DNA of 64,000 nt from a virus: IMG/VR virus record IMGVR_UViG_3300043410_001917, positions 3,331-67,330 of that record, one strand, 5' to 3'. Below, in pieces: positions 38,901 to 48,589 of the stretch; position 1 is the first letter of the stretch; each line of letters starts with the position of its first letter. The translations under genes and the position numbers were made by a program. The notes beneath the pieces are model-generated. The model had not been told where the DNA came from and ran no database searches. It saw nothing but the letters and a program-made list of their open reading frames with translations.

Positions 38901-39335
38901 GGTGGTCCTGCAGCTGCAAGATATATGTCCAAAAAAGTAGTTTTGGATGGTGGTTTTGATTCAGGTGACCTAAATGTTTACATATCTGCATATCGTCCAG
39001 TTGGAACAGATATTAATGTATACTATAAAATTTTGAGTAGAAATGATACACAGAATTTTGATGATGGTGTTTGGCAATTAATGACAAAGACCAGAAGTTC
39101 TGATGGAAACTATTCACAAACAAGAGAAGATATACGTGAATACACCTTTTCACCAGGTTCATTAGGTGTTGATGCAGGTTACGTTTCTTATACTGGAAAT
39201 GGTGGAGAAACATATTACGATTTCAGTCAATTTGCAATCAAGATTGTAATGACTACAACAGACAAAACTCTTGTTCCTTTCTTGGCGGATATGAGATGCA
39301 TTGCTCTGCCACCAAATACTAATACCACATTTTAA
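32964..39335 (+). CDS. Large VrlC-like virion structural protein (DUF4815-type)
   Basis: PYYDDFD, ILFKPG.AVQARELTQ, APGADR, RRYTMSDI..L..RI..IEYYT, FKNG..VDDF, DPVAQTF. Confidence 0.82.
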   Translation: MALNFNVDPYYDDFDGTKNFHRILFKPGVAVQARELTQAQTILQNQITSFADNIFKQNSPVSGGQVTTNFDVKYIKIQAEYNGITIDVEQFQNKLIRNADGTIVARVVATAVATGTSGEGDPATLVVSYKTGTHFTDNDIIYDADSNLTCQAMPSDAVGSSSIASIAQGVFYVLGNFVQVNPQTVILDKYGNLPSRRIGLEITETIYDYATDNSLLDPAVGASNYQAPGADRYVISLQLSSRPLYLGDDALFIELVRAEEGNVFKMVDGSVYAAIDDYFAKRDYETNGDYIVEEFKLTPKVYDEDADKYTMTVGKGLAYVHGYRVENPAPLNIISNRARTTATQDNEPAFIDYGSYFLVSNVAGSGTYTFPVTTANTVDFHCVANTDINTANATTYNSTLVATAYIRGLQFDNSPVTADGSTYVYKAHVYDLVNKSISANVITANSTSITLPSVNGKTSSVDHAYDGVDVTITKGTNAGETRTISNYNGTTRVATVSQAWSVTPDSSSVYVLNFNTPDVESMVFTGTSYPKTIYASADIDDTGKTGNISSGDTVFQNPNIPEMVYPIGNPYVSTITSPSYTTYQEIKGVNFNVSGGTITATIDFTGSYAGVIKHLGNEGTTLSGDVVEQCYTIIVTDRQSNSTLTNGQIVPWTINGRSVTLNNDGSVANFSTATSDLSAFTATIIAKVFVTDGTNTSHVLKIKNLVKGNTAIVSSNASAYMTTIATNTFVDDSSSSTGHVYIKKGGVLSSGKQSLYLSDVKRIVKIIDTKTDILPTVAMLTDVSYDVTNRYIFDNGQRDSYYDHASISLRPGAAKPVGNLLIILDYYKHAGGDGYFSKMSYIDTSSSPEDYREIPVYVSKHGAAYALRDCLDFRPSRLNAQSQFVFRFSNPSSTRLGVLQPANLSTFVCDYSYYLGRKDKLVITKDKEIKIIEGSPSINPIAPNEPDKSLVLANITLKPYTSYVPSELSSGLSDLSILQTQHRRYTMSDIAGLDTRINRIEYYTSLSQLEQSANALQISDAYGLNRFKNGIMVDDFSSFAAADVGTGDFNASINRRTKQLTAKQHVKNFPLKNLSLIYSMNKTTSSAIASQNFAKTTNGSTNYFSLPYTTTNLVAQKLASRTVNINPFAVTTAKGLVSLSPNVDNWVDSTYSPSLLIVDPNLHIWQSGNELNTLLTGDWQTVSATSQLVGSTSTTSQSTVNHENHGRFNGPYGTNVGYTEHITETFTTETYKVTTNQSRNDIVGNYSQIDNTYSLNNGYINDISILPWIRKQEVVISAFNLLYKTQIHGFFDTKNVDNYIRKSNEIELTNVAGSFSQGDIIGYYSSGTYFPTGIVLGVYEYPDTNNCRLYVAGDGKTTTYNNGLSLQNSHYNSDGVYQNTTAQGTFVSQKHRGGLVQTVGSSTSITLSSLASSDNTDYVGQTLYITSGSGKGQSAVVSSYNGTTKVITLTTGITCSAGDIYSIGTFVTNEEGSFYGVFTIPENTFQTGTRVFRMDNRLNDNESTITTYGEGSFYASGLQTNKQNIDFGASPSGAKDTFTQVNKQTVISSATKNLYNRSVWISPYDPVAQTFIIDKDNYPNGAFLTSIKAFFASKPTSDTAPVTLSVVGTLNGYPNGSTLDNGIVTLPAYKIKTSESPQYLDSTAYTEFVFDSPVYVQPETLYAFILKSSSNEYTLYAAANGDNALPSSVKNLVTDPYPSSITKISGAPYVGGLFLSQNAQTWTVDQNQSLMFTIERAKFDITKTPSIRMVVPKKMPQRTLIEDSVDYYTNANNLTDNIGTTSNKDLLVDAFNLSTTDFVPSSTKISYTYSAMLQNGADTSEISVNPGRYGTTMYNHIYLNDNKGERIIKANSTTSFSMYGYLESTNDAVSPFIADSGTSVFAIQYDINNCPLSNNLITVTDGGSGYNVQTTTVSISAPTGKNSEQAYATANVVNGVIDAIYITTPGAGYIETPTITITDANTTPGTGATAIVAGETSSRGGPAAARYMSKKVVLDGGFDSGDLNVYISAYRPVGTDINVYYKILSRNDTQNFDDGVWQLMTKTRSSDGNYSQTREDIREYTFSPGSLGVDAGYVSYTGNGGETYYDFSQFAIKIVMTTTDKTLVPFLADMRCIALPPNTNTTF

Positions 39336-39337
39336 TT

Positions 39338-39568
39338 ATGGAATTGTTGAAAGTTAAAGGCACCAAGCTGGTAAGAGATACCAGAAGTGGTGCCATTATC
39401 AATCAAGACAAAACGGGACTGGATGAATATTTGGCCAAGCGCCGTGGTATGCAAGCCCAAAAAGATGAAATAAATAAAGTAAAGTCTGATATTTTGGAAA
39501 TGAAAAGCGACATGGCAGATATCAAAGATTTGTTAAAAAAACTATTAGAAAAAGGTTCAAATGGCTAA
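39338..39568 (+). CDS. Small coiled-coil hypothetical protein
   Basis: LVRDTRSGAIIN motif plus C-terminal coiled coil; follows the VrlC-like gene. Confidence 0.7.
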   Translation: MELLKVKGTKLVRDTRSGAIINQDKTGLDEYLAKRRGMQAQKDEINKVKSDILEMKSDMADIKDLLKKLLEKGSNG

Positions 39569-42500
39569 TACAGTTACTACATTAAGTTATGCCAATACAT
39601 TCGGCCAGTGGTTGGCCGCTACCGATGCATTGATTGCTGAAAATAATGTGTTGGCCACAGACAACTACGTAAAAGATTCGGGAACAATTTATCTTTCTGA
39701 AGGAACATTAAACGCATTACAATCTAACGGTAATGTTATTATTCAAAAGGCCTTGATGATTCAAGGTGTAGGTTCATATGCAACAGTTCAAAACGATTTA
39801 ACAGTTCAACGCCAAGGTTTATTCACAAATACAGAATTAAGTTTAGTTGCATCAGGTAATGTAAATGTAGACAAAGTTTTGACCGTTTCTGGTTCTGGAT
39901 ATGGTTTGCATGTGGAAAATGATGCTCAAGTGGATGGTGATTTGTATGTTGGTGGTGACCTAGACCTTAATATATTAGAAGCTCGTGAAAAAGTTAATAC
40001 TGCCACGGTTTCTGTAACAGGTTCAACATATACAAACAAACTACAAGCAAACAATTCAATTCTAACTACTGTATTGACCGCTAATAGTGATTTTTATACA
40101 AGTCGCATACAAGCAAACACTTCAATACTAACAACAGAACTTCAAGCTAACACAGTTATCAAATCCCAAACAATTTCTGTATCAACAGGAATGTATGGCA
40201 ACTCATTACAGGCCAATTCTAGTGTTAATACAGCAAATGCTTCTATAACAGGAACAGTATACACCAAACATCTACAAGCAAACTCAACCGTTAATACAGC
40301 AAATGCTTCCATAACAAGCAATCTGTATGTTGGTTCTGTAATTGCAAATAATGAAATTATTGTTCCGTTAATTCTTGCCACAGGAAATGTTTCTATTAAT
40401 GAGAATTTGAATGTAAGTCAAAACGCATTTATAAACAACATATACACAACAGATGGAATGCATAGCGATTTGCTCTTTGCAAATACAGTTTACATTCAAA
40501 ACAATATTTCAACAATTGGTAATACAAATTCAGCTTCGTTCTTTGCAGGATCAAACGTAACATCACCAACAGTATATACAACCGAAACATATGGTGATAA
40601 TATAACCGCAAACGTCAAAGTTTATGCTGCTGATGTTGATGTGGAAGGAACAACACTTACACGTTTCTTACAAGCAAACTCATCCACTAATACATCCAAT
40701 TCTAGTGTGGTGAACACCAGCTATACAAAATACTTGGTAGCCAACACATTGGTAACAACAGCAGGTCTTGCGGTAACAGGTAAAACACATACCAATACTT
40801 TGCAGGCAAACACATCTGCAAATACAGAAACTTTATCTGTAACACAACGTGCATTGATTGACCGTGTTCAAGCAAACACATCAGTTAATACAGAAATTTT
40901 AAGTGTATCAACTACAGCTCTTGTTAAAAATTTACAAGCAAATAGTCAAGTAAATACTGCTGTAATGAGTGTAACAGGAAATGTATACACAAACAGAGTG
41001 TTAGCTAATTCATCCGTAAACACACCAACATTAATTGTTACAGATAAAATTGATGCTAATGATGCTTCAGTTTTTGTAAACGATTTGGAAACTTTAGGTC
41101 AATTATCGGTTGGTGGTAACTTTGTCATCAACGGTGAAACAATTTACAATTCAAATGTATTTACATTAAATGCAGGATCAAATCAAGGACAATTCAGTTC
41201 TATTGCTGTAAATAGAGGTATATCTGGTGCAAACGGTGAGTTGCGTTGGAATGAATCACAAGAATGGTGGGAAACATATGGTGTTCACACTGGTGACTAT
41301 TACAGAATTCTAACTGATGAACATCTAAGTGATGTATTGGATTCTACAAATTCATTGGTTGTTGCATCTTCAAAAGCTGCAAATACTTTGAACGATAAGA
41401 TTCAAACTGCAAATACATTCTTGCAAGGTCGTGTAACTTCTGCTGCAAGTTTTGCTAACGGTGCTTTCTCAAGAGCCAATGCATCTTACACCGCACAAAA
41501 TACAACAGCAACATTTGCCAACAGTGCTTTTGCACATGCAAATGCGGCTTATGCTTCCGCAAACAACGTTGCACCACAGGTTGCACCTGCGTTTAACCAA
41601 GCCAACGCAGCGTTCGATAAAGCAAATACAGTTGTTGCAACAATCAGAGGAACAACCGGTTCAGTTTCGGCAAACAATGCTGGTGTTACCTTAAAGAGTA
41701 ACAATGGTATTGTTATATTTGCCACAAATGATAATCAAAGTGGTAACGTTCTTTCAATTAGCACATCACAAGACCTGAGAACTACCGCATCACCAACATT
41801 TGCCGGCCTTTCTTTGACAACACCTTTGCAAGTAGGCCAAGGCGGCACAGGAACCACCTCACACGCATCTTTGTTTGATTTGGCGGTGACTGCTGCAGCA
41901 GGTTCTGGTTCCTCAGGAAAAGTTTTGGGAACCGATGGTGCTGGTAACTATTCTTGGGTAACAGGTGGTTCAGGTGGTGGCGGTGGCGCACAACCTGGTT
42001 CTAGAATTTCATCATCACGTTTGTCTTATACTGGTGATGACGTTACTGCCAAATTTGCCACACCAACATTCAGTACAGGCACACAACTACGTGCATACAT
42101 TAATGGTGTTCGTCAATTAGAATCTGAATATTGGTCATTTACTTCAAACTCTACTATTTGGTTTACAAATACACCAACAACTGGAGATAAAATTCTTATT
42201 GAAGTTGATGGTTATGCGGTGTATGAATACTATGCAAATAATATTGCATATGGTCCTGCATCAGGTGATATGGTTGGCGCAACAATTCAAGATGCAATTG
42301 ACAACTTAGAAACCAGAAAGATGCCAAAAGCAGGCGGCACATTTACTGGTCGTGTTGATGGTTTGACAATGCCAACAACAACATCTAATACTGTGTTCGC
42401 AACTACACAATTCGTAAACCAATATGCAAATGCTGGTTACACATTGACACACAGTATTACTGGTAATGCAGGCACAGTAACAAACGGTGTATATACATCC

Positions 42501-43793
42501 GGTTCTTATGCAAATCCATCTTGGATTACAAGCATTGCAAACACAAAAATTTCAGGAACAATTGCTGATTCACAATTGATTGATAGTGGAGTAACAGCAA
42601 ACTCTTATGGAAAAGCAAACACCGTTCCAGTAATTAAAGTTGATGCAAAAGGTAGAGTTACTGGTGTAACTAACACCACAATTTCTATTACCAAATCTCA
42701 AATCAGTGATTTCCCCACAATCACCGATACAACCAATGCTGATAACATTACTTCAGGTACATTATCTACTGCTCGACTTGCAGATATTGCGAATTTGACA
42801 ACAGGCGCATATGGTGGTTCAAACAAAGTAGCAAAGGTTACTGTTGATGCAAAAGGTAGGATTACTGCTGCTGAAGATGTGCAAATTTCTTTGACTAAAT
42901 CAGCTATAACAGACTTCCCAACATTGGCTGCATCAGCAACAACAGATACCACTAACGCAAGTAACATTACAAGTGGTACATTGCCTGACGCAAGAATGCC
43001 AACTGGCTACGCAAAATTGGCCGGCGCAGATTTTACAGGTGCAACAACGGTAACCGGCACAGGTAAAATAACATTAGCTTCGAGTGGTGATATTACCGCA
43101 TATAGAACTGGTGATACTACTGGTGCAATTTATCTGAACAAAGCACAAACCAGATATCTATACAATGACGGAACAAAATATTATTTGAATGGCCAAGGTT
43201 TACAGGTTAACGGATCAGATGTTCTTAATACTTCTGACGAATTTAAGATTACAGGCACAAGAAATTACAGGTCTCAATCTTCGGTTGGAACAGGAAATCA
43301 ATCTGGAACATTAGTGTGTTATGGTGATAACGGTGCAATCGGTACAAACCATGCGGTCATGTCTTTCCACAGACCAGGTTCATATGCCATCAACATGGGT
43401 CTTGATAACGATAATATTTTCCGTATTGGTGGTTGGAGTGATGGAACAAATTCATATAGAATGACATTGGACACCATGGGTAATGCAGTTTTTAAAAATA
43501 ACGTTACCGCTTATTCTGATGTTAGATTGAAAACAAATATTGAAACAATCACAAACGCATTAGAAACTGTATCCAAAATGCGTGGCGTTACATATGAAAG
43601 AATAGATTCTGGAATAAAAGGTGTTGGTGTTATTGCTCAAGAAATCAAAGAGGTGTTACCAGAAGTTGTTATGGAAGCATCTAGCGAAGAAGAATTCATG
43701 TCAGTTTCTTACGGCAATATTGTTGGTGTTTTGATTGAAGCCATTAAAGAACTTAAAGCAGAAATTGAAGAACTAAAAGGACAAATTAAATGA
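39561..43793 (+). CDS. Long tail fibre with C-terminal peptidase S74 (intramolecular chaperone) domain
   Basis: AYSDVRLKTNI...GVIAQE...VLPEVV...VSYG...LIEAIKEL; beta repeats, ANSA and VDAKGRVT repeats. Confidence 0.88.
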   Translation: MANTVTTLSYANTFGQWLAATDALIAENNVLATDNYVKDSGTIYLSEGTLNALQSNGNVIIQKALMIQGVGSYATVQNDLTVQRQGLFTNTELSLVASGNVNVDKVLTVSGSGYGLHVENDAQVDGDLYVGGDLDLNILEAREKVNTATVSVTGSTYTNKLQANNSILTTVLTANSDFYTSRIQANTSILTTELQANTVIKSQTISVSTGMYGNSLQANSSVNTANASITGTVYTKHLQANSTVNTANASITSNLYVGSVIANNEIIVPLILATGNVSINENLNVSQNAFINNIYTTDGMHSDLLFANTVYIQNNISTIGNTNSASFFAGSNVTSPTVYTTETYGDNITANVKVYAADVDVEGTTLTRFLQANSSTNTSNSSVVNTSYTKYLVANTLVTTAGLAVTGKTHTNTLQANTSANTETLSVTQRALIDRVQANTSVNTEILSVSTTALVKNLQANSQVNTAVMSVTGNVYTNRVLANSSVNTPTLIVTDKIDANDASVFVNDLETLGQLSVGGNFVINGETIYNSNVFTLNAGSNQGQFSSIAVNRGISGANGELRWNESQEWWETYGVHTGDYYRILTDEHLSDVLDSTNSLVVASSKAANTLNDKIQTANTFLQGRVTSAASFANGAFSRANASYTAQNTTATFANSAFAHANAAYASANNVAPQVAPAFNQANAAFDKANTVVATIRGTTGSVSANNAGVTLKSNNGIVIFATNDNQSGNVLSISTSQDLRTTASPTFAGLSLTTPLQVGQGGTGTTSHASLFDLAVTAAAGSGSSGKVLGTDGAGNYSWVTGGSGGGGGAQPGSRISSSRLSYTGDDVTAKFATPTFSTGTQLRAYINGVRQLESEYWSFTSNSTIWFTNTPTTGDKILIEVDGYAVYEYYANNIAYGPASGDMVGATIQDAIDNLETRKMPKAGGTFTGRVDGLTMPTTTSNTVFATTQFVNQYANAGYTLTHSITGNAGTVTNGVYTSGSYANPSWITSIANTKISGTIADSQLIDSGVTANSYGKANTVPVIKVDAKGRVTGVTNTTISITKSQISDFPTITDTTNADNITSGTLSTARLADIANLTTGAYGGSNKVAKVTVDAKGRITAAEDVQISLTKSAITDFPTLAASATTDTTNASNITSGTLPDARMPTGYAKLAGADFTGATTVTGTGKITLASSGDITAYRTGDTTGAIYLNKAQTRYLYNDGTKYYLNGQGLQVNGSDVLNTSDEFKITGTRNYRSQSSVGTGNQSGTLVCYGDNGAIGTNHAVMSFHRPGSYAINMGLDNDNIFRIGGWSDGTNSYRMTLDTMGNAVFKNNVTAYSDVRLKTNIETITNALETVSKMRGVTYERIDSGIKGVGVIAQEIKEVLPEVVMEASSEEEFMSVSYGNIVGVLIEAIKELKAEIEELKGQIK

Positions 43794-44764
43794 CAACAAA
43801 GATAACGCCATCAGTATTGGCAAACACAGCAGTCACTGCTGGTTCTTATGGTACAGCTTCACAAATACCAACAATTGAAATTGATGCACAAGGTCGAGTG
43901 ACAGGTGCAACACAAACGCCTGTACAAATTAGCACAACTCAAATTACTTCAGGAACAATTGCTGATGCAAGACTACCCACAAAGGTGACCGCAGGATCTG
44001 TAGGCTCGGCGAATAAAGTTTCACGTTTGACAGTTGATGCTTATGGTAGAGTTACAGCTGCTTCTAACGTAGATATCCAAATTACTACATCACAAATTAC
44101 TGGTTATCCAACTTTTGCAACATCAGCCACAACCGATACAACAGTTGCAGATAATATTACAACAGGAACTTTGCCCGCAGGTAGACTACCAACTACAGCA
44201 GTAACAACCGGAACATATGGTTCTTCCGATGGAACACAATACTCAAGATTTGTGGTTGATTCTTACGGAAGAATTACATCATCAGCAAACGTTTCCATCC
44301 AAATACCAACCTCTCAAGTTACTGGATTGGCAACATCTGCAACCACAGACACAACTGATGCAGCAAACATCACAACTGGATTTTTACCTTCTGCAAGATT
44401 AACAATTACTGGCGTAACTGCTGGTTCACAAGGTTCACAATCTCATGTTCCTAGATTTACTGTTGATAATAGAGGCAGATTAACTTCTGCAAATAGTATT
44501 GCAATCGCAATTAATGCATCACAAGTGGCTGGTTTGGCCGCTGTTGCAACATCTGGTTCTTATTACGACCTGCGTGATAAACCATTCATACCAACTGTAA
44601 TCAACACGTTGTCAGCTGCTTATCCTATTGGTTCTGTTTACATGAATGGTTTAGATGGTGCAAACCCTTCCGTTTTGTTAGGTTTTGGAACTTGGACTGC
44701 TGTAGCAAACACAACTTTCACACCAGACATTGATCCATTGTATGTCTGGATGAGAACGGCCTAA
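43790..44764 (+). CDS. Tail fibre/baseplate protein with VDxxGR repeats and a gp10-like C-terminal motif
   Basis: Four (I/V)DxxGRxT repeats; YPIGSVYM...GFGTW...YVWMRTA. Confidence 0.65.
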   Translation: MTTKITPSVLANTAVTAGSYGTASQIPTIEIDAQGRVTGATQTPVQISTTQITSGTIADARLPTKVTAGSVGSANKVSRLTVDAYGRVTAASNVDIQITTSQITGYPTFATSATTDTTVADNITTGTLPAGRLPTTAVTTGTYGSSDGTQYSRFVVDSYGRITSSANVSIQIPTSQVTGLATSATTDTTDAANITTGFLPSARLTITGVTAGSQGSQSHVPRFTVDNRGRLTSANSIAIAINASQVAGLAAVATSGSYYDLRDKPFIPTVINTLSAAYPIGSVYMNGLDGANPSVLLGFGTWTAVANTTFTPDIDPLYVWMRTA

Positions 44765-44795
44765 CAAGATAAATACCTCTAAGAAGGGGATATAA

Positions 44796-45137
44796 ATGCC
44801 AGCAGGTTACCAAGAATTATTTTTAGAACAAGGTTCCAATTTCAATACATCCATAACTCTCGACCAGGCGGATGGAACACCCTTTCAATTAGTTGATTGT
44901 CAAGTTAGAGCTAATATGAAAAAATCATATTACTCTAGCAGCACAACAGCAGAATTTGTTATAACAATTAACGATCCAACCGAAGGTGTTATCATTATGT
45001 CTTTGCCATATGCAAACACAGCCAATATCCCAGCAGGAAGATATGTTTATGATGTTATCATAAAAGATCCGAATAATGTTGTTTCGAGGGTTTTGGAAGG
45101 AGTTGTGAATGTTTTACCTCAGGTTACTGTATTTTAA
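44796..45137 (+). CDS. Small virion structural protein
   Basis: LEQGSNF, GRYVYDV, RVLEGVV; late-promoter motif upstream. Confidence 0.65.
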   Translation: MPAGYQELFLEQGSNFNTSITLDQADGTPFQLVDCQVRANMKKSYYSSSTTAEFVITINDPTEGVIIMSLPYANTANIPAGRYVYDVIIKDPNNVVSRVLEGVVNVLPQVTVF

Positions 45138-45146
45138 AGGAAAAAA

Positions 45147-45680
45147 ATGCCAACAGTAACAGTTAGACAGCCAGCAACCGTTAAAGTAAGGGTTGAAGGA
45201 CAAAAAACTAAAGTCCAAACACTTTCTTATGGAACAAAAACACTTAGAAGTTTAACGGACTTATCACTCACTGGTGCAAACACTGGTGATGTAATTGTTT
45301 ATAATTCCGAAACGAAAACATTCGGTGTAAAAGGACTTGGAACAGATACACCGGTCCATGGTAGTTTGATACCAACAGAATCTAGAATGTTTGACCTTGG
45401 TTCCAGAACTAAAAAATTTCGAAGTTTGTATCTAAGTGGTAACACCATCGATTTGGATGGAACAGTAATTAAAGCTGAAGGAACAACTGGCGCCGTTTCG
45501 ATTACTGCAAAACCGACAGATGCTATTCCCGACCCAATTGCTATTGTTATCTCACCAGTTGGTGGTTTTGCACCAGTTCAAACTGTCGGAGGCATAATAG
45601 ACCCTACTGCTGTTCAAGCAGCAGTGGCAAATTCGGTAACTTATTTGGCATTTAAAGGTGCGGATGCAGGAATGTTTTAA
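45147..45680 (+). CDS. Tail-fibre-associated protein
   Basis: DLGSRTKKFRSLYLSG motif; ends ADAGMF. Confidence 0.6.
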   Translation: MPTVTVRQPATVKVRVEGQKTKVQTLSYGTKTLRSLTDLSLTGANTGDVIVYNSETKTFGVKGLGTDTPVHGSLIPTESRMFDLGSRTKKFRSLYLSGNTIDLDGTVIKAEGTTGAVSITAKPTDAIPDPIAIVISPVGGFAPVQTVGGIIDPTAVQAAVANSVTYLAFKGADAGMF

Positions 45681-45683
45681 AAT

Positions 45684-45908
45684 ATGTCAAATACCACGAT
45701 ACAGATATTACGTTCTTATGCAAATACAGCACCAGCAAACCTAGCAGATGGTGAATTGGCATATTCGTTTCTGTCAAATACTCTTTTCATTGGTAGCACA
45801 ACGTTGAATGTCGAGACTCAATTATGGTCCAACAACATCATTAGTATTGGTGGACCAGATTATATTGCTAATGCGGTTAGTATAATTGACGGTGGCATTT
45901 TTTCATAA
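45684..45908 (+). CDS. Small fibre connector protein (Mtd-N-like domain)
   Basis: IQILRS...P..LADGELAY; ends IDGGIFS. Confidence 0.6.
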   Translation: MSNTTIQILRSYANTAPANLADGELAYSFLSNTLFIGSTTLNVETQLWSNNIISIGGPDYIANAVSIIDGGIFS

Positions 45909-45952
45909 ATAGATAATAGGATTAGTCCAACAAAACAACAAGGATAATAATA

Positions 45953-47842
45953 ATGGCGAATACCTCAATTTTAATTAAACGTTCCACCACGGTAGGGCGT
46001 CCAGTAAGCTTACAAGCTGGTGAACTGGCGTATTCCTACTTATCTAATACCATATTCATCGGTTCACCTGATGGAAATGGTGTTGTTAATGTTGGTGGTC
46101 AATACTATACATCTCAAATTGATTCTGCAACCAATCTAAACACAGGCGGAACGCTAGTTCGCCGTGATTCAAATGGTAACGTTTCGTTGGGTTATGTTAC
46201 TGCTACCGGTATTGATGTTGCTAACATCACCGGTAACGCAAACTCTGCAACTCAATTCCAAACCGACAGATACATCAACGTTTCTGGTGGTGACATTACT
46301 GCATCTGCACAGTTGTTCAATGGTACTGCAAATGCAACATTAAGTGCGTCACTTAACTCTGTTTCTGGACTAAGTGCTGGTGTATATGGTGGTACAACCG
46401 CTATACCAGTTGTTACTGTGGCTGCCAATGGTCGTGTCATGGCAATTGCCAACACAAGTATTTCCACCGACTTAAACATTGCTGGTGATTCCGGCACAGA
46501 CACAATTCACCTTGGATCGGATACATTGACATTTGTTGGTGGTGAAGGTATAACTTCAACTGTTACAGACAATACAGTTTCTTTTGGTGTTGACACAACA
46601 GTTGTTCGTGCAAATACCGCATCAATGAATCAAACAATTGATGGTGACATTACCATCAGCGGTAACTTGCATGTTCTTGGTACACAAACAGTTATTACAA
46701 CTGCAACACTTGAAGTTTCTGACCCATTACTATATCTTGCTGGCAACAACTATGTATCAGATGCAGTTGATATTGGTTGGGTTGGTAACTACAACAATGG
46801 TTCTGCTAACCTACATGCTGGTATTATCCGTCATGCTGGTGATAAAGACTTCTATATCTTTGATGGTTACGACCAAGAACCAGATTCAAACGTTATTGAC
46901 ATTACTGGCAACGGTTTCCATGTTGCAAACTTACATGCAAATCTAATCTCTGCATGGTCTAACGTTACATCTTTACAAGTTGGTACATTAAACGTTGCGG
47001 GTGCAACAACACTTAAATCATTAACATTGACTGATGACTTGACAGTATCCAACGGTGGTACTGGTGCAAGTTCATTCACTGCTGGTGCAATCCTTGTTGG
47101 TGATGGCACAAACTCACTAAAGACTCTTGCAAACAGCACATATACCGCAACAGGAACAGGCGCTGCAAACAATACAGTTTCTTCAATTACCGTAGATGCA
47201 TATGGTAGAGTAACTGCTGCAACATTTGAACAGATTAGTGGTCTAACAGTTGGTCAAGGTGGTACAGGACAATCATCATTCACTGCTGGTCAAGTTGTTA
47301 TTGGCAATGGTTCAGGTGCATTGCAACAACTTGCAAACGTATCTTCTATCAACACCAACGTTGCATCTTCTAACACAGTATCTAACATCACAACAGATGT
47401 ATATGGTCGTGTAACAGGATTCACACAACAAGAAATCTCTGGTCTATCAGTTGCACAAGGCGGTACAGGTGCTTCTTCACTAAGTGCTGGTGGTTTGTTG
47501 ATTGGTAATGGAACAGGTGCAGTTTCTACACTTGCTAACGTTACATATACATTGACTGGTACATTAGGTGCAGCCAAAACAATTACATCTTTGACTGTTG
47601 ATGCTTACGGTCGTGTAAGTGCTGCAACTGCTGCTGACATTTCTGGTTTGACTGTTGCACAAGGCGGTACGGGTGCTTCTACATTCACCGCAAAAGGTAT
47701 CGTATACGGTGATGGAACAAATGCGTTATCAGTTACTGCTGCAGCTGGCACATCCGACCAAACATGGTCTAACCAGATTCTTACAACAACCAATGCGGGT
47801 GTTCCAGTCTGGACATCCACTCTGGATGGAGGTCAATTCTAA
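45953..47842 (+). CDS. Tail fibre protein
   Basis: N-terminal ILIKRS..P.SLQAGELAY; repeated VxxGGTG and DxYGRV modules; ends LDGGQF. Confidence 0.75.
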   Translation: MANTSILIKRSTTVGRPVSLQAGELAYSYLSNTIFIGSPDGNGVVNVGGQYYTSQIDSATNLNTGGTLVRRDSNGNVSLGYVTATGIDVANITGNANSATQFQTDRYINVSGGDITASAQLFNGTANATLSASLNSVSGLSAGVYGGTTAIPVVTVAANGRVMAIANTSISTDLNIAGDSGTDTIHLGSDTLTFVGGEGITSTVTDNTVSFGVDTTVVRANTASMNQTIDGDITISGNLHVLGTQTVITTATLEVSDPLLYLAGNNYVSDAVDIGWVGNYNNGSANLHAGIIRHAGDKDFYIFDGYDQEPDSNVIDITGNGFHVANLHANLISAWSNVTSLQVGTLNVAGATTLKSLTLTDDLTVSNGGTGASSFTAGAILVGDGTNSLKTLANSTYTATGTGAANNTVSSITVDAYGRVTAATFEQISGLTVGQGGTGQSSFTAGQVVIGNGSGALQQLANVSSINTNVASSNTVSNITTDVYGRVTGFTQQEISGLSVAQGGTGASSLSAGGLLIGNGTGAVSTLANVTYTLTGTLGAAKTITSLTVDAYGRVSAATAADISGLTVAQGGTGASTFTAKGIVYGDGTNALSVTAAAGTSDQTWSNQILTTTNAGVPVWTSTLDGGQF

Positions 47843-47889
47843 GCTGACTATATAATGTAAACGTTTTTTCTATATGATAGGAGTTTGAA

Positions 47890-48585
47890 ATGAATAATGA
47901 GAAATATTTAAATTATTATATTGAGACATTAACAACCACAATGACAGATTGTGTGATTCGAAATGTCTCAATGCAAGCGAATGCTAAAATTACTGATGAG
48001 GTTGTAAAAGAACAAAGTGAAAAAATTGATGCGTTGGTTAAATCTAATGGTGAGTTGCAAAAAACAATTCAACAATTAGAACAATCTAAATTGACTAATG
48101 AAAATAATACAATTAATGATTTGAAAAATAAAGTTTCTGAATTGGAAGGAAAAATTTCCACACAGAAACAAGAACATGAGGAATTAATTAGTAAATTCCG
48201 TGATTATGATAGTGTTAAGAATCAAGCAACACATGTTGAAACATTTAAAGGTGAATTGATTAGAGCTAGAGAAGAAACTAACCGAGTTCGTGTTGAACTT
48301 GAAAATAGAATCAACTCTATTAATGCTGAAAATAATGGTAAAATTAATGGTATTAATGAAGAAAATGAAAAGAATGTTAGATTATTGATTCAAAAACATG
48401 AAACTGAAAAAGCAAATCTTAATAACAGAATTGCTGAATTAACTGATAAAATTGACTACTTACAACTGTCTCCTGCCAAAAGAAAAAAAATTGATGAACA
48501 ACTTAAAGATTCATCACCAACAACAATCGTAACAGATTTAATTGGTGTTGAAAATAGTGTACTCAAGGACGGCGGAACGTTTTAA
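47890..48585 (+). CDS. Coiled-coil protein
   Basis: Long E/K/N-rich heptad pattern; ends KDGGTF; SD AGGAG. Confidence 0.65.
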   Translation: MNNEKYLNYYIETLTTTMTDCVIRNVSMQANAKITDEVVKEQSEKIDALVKSNGELQKTIQQLEQSKLTNENNTINDLKNKVSELEGKISTQKQEHEELISKFRDYDSVKNQATHVETFKGELIRAREETNRVRVELENRINSINAENNGKINGINEENEKNVRLLIQKHETEKANLNNRIAELTDKIDYLQLSPAKRKKIDEQLKDSSPTTIVTDLIGVENSVLKDGGTF

Positions 48586-48589
48586 GTAA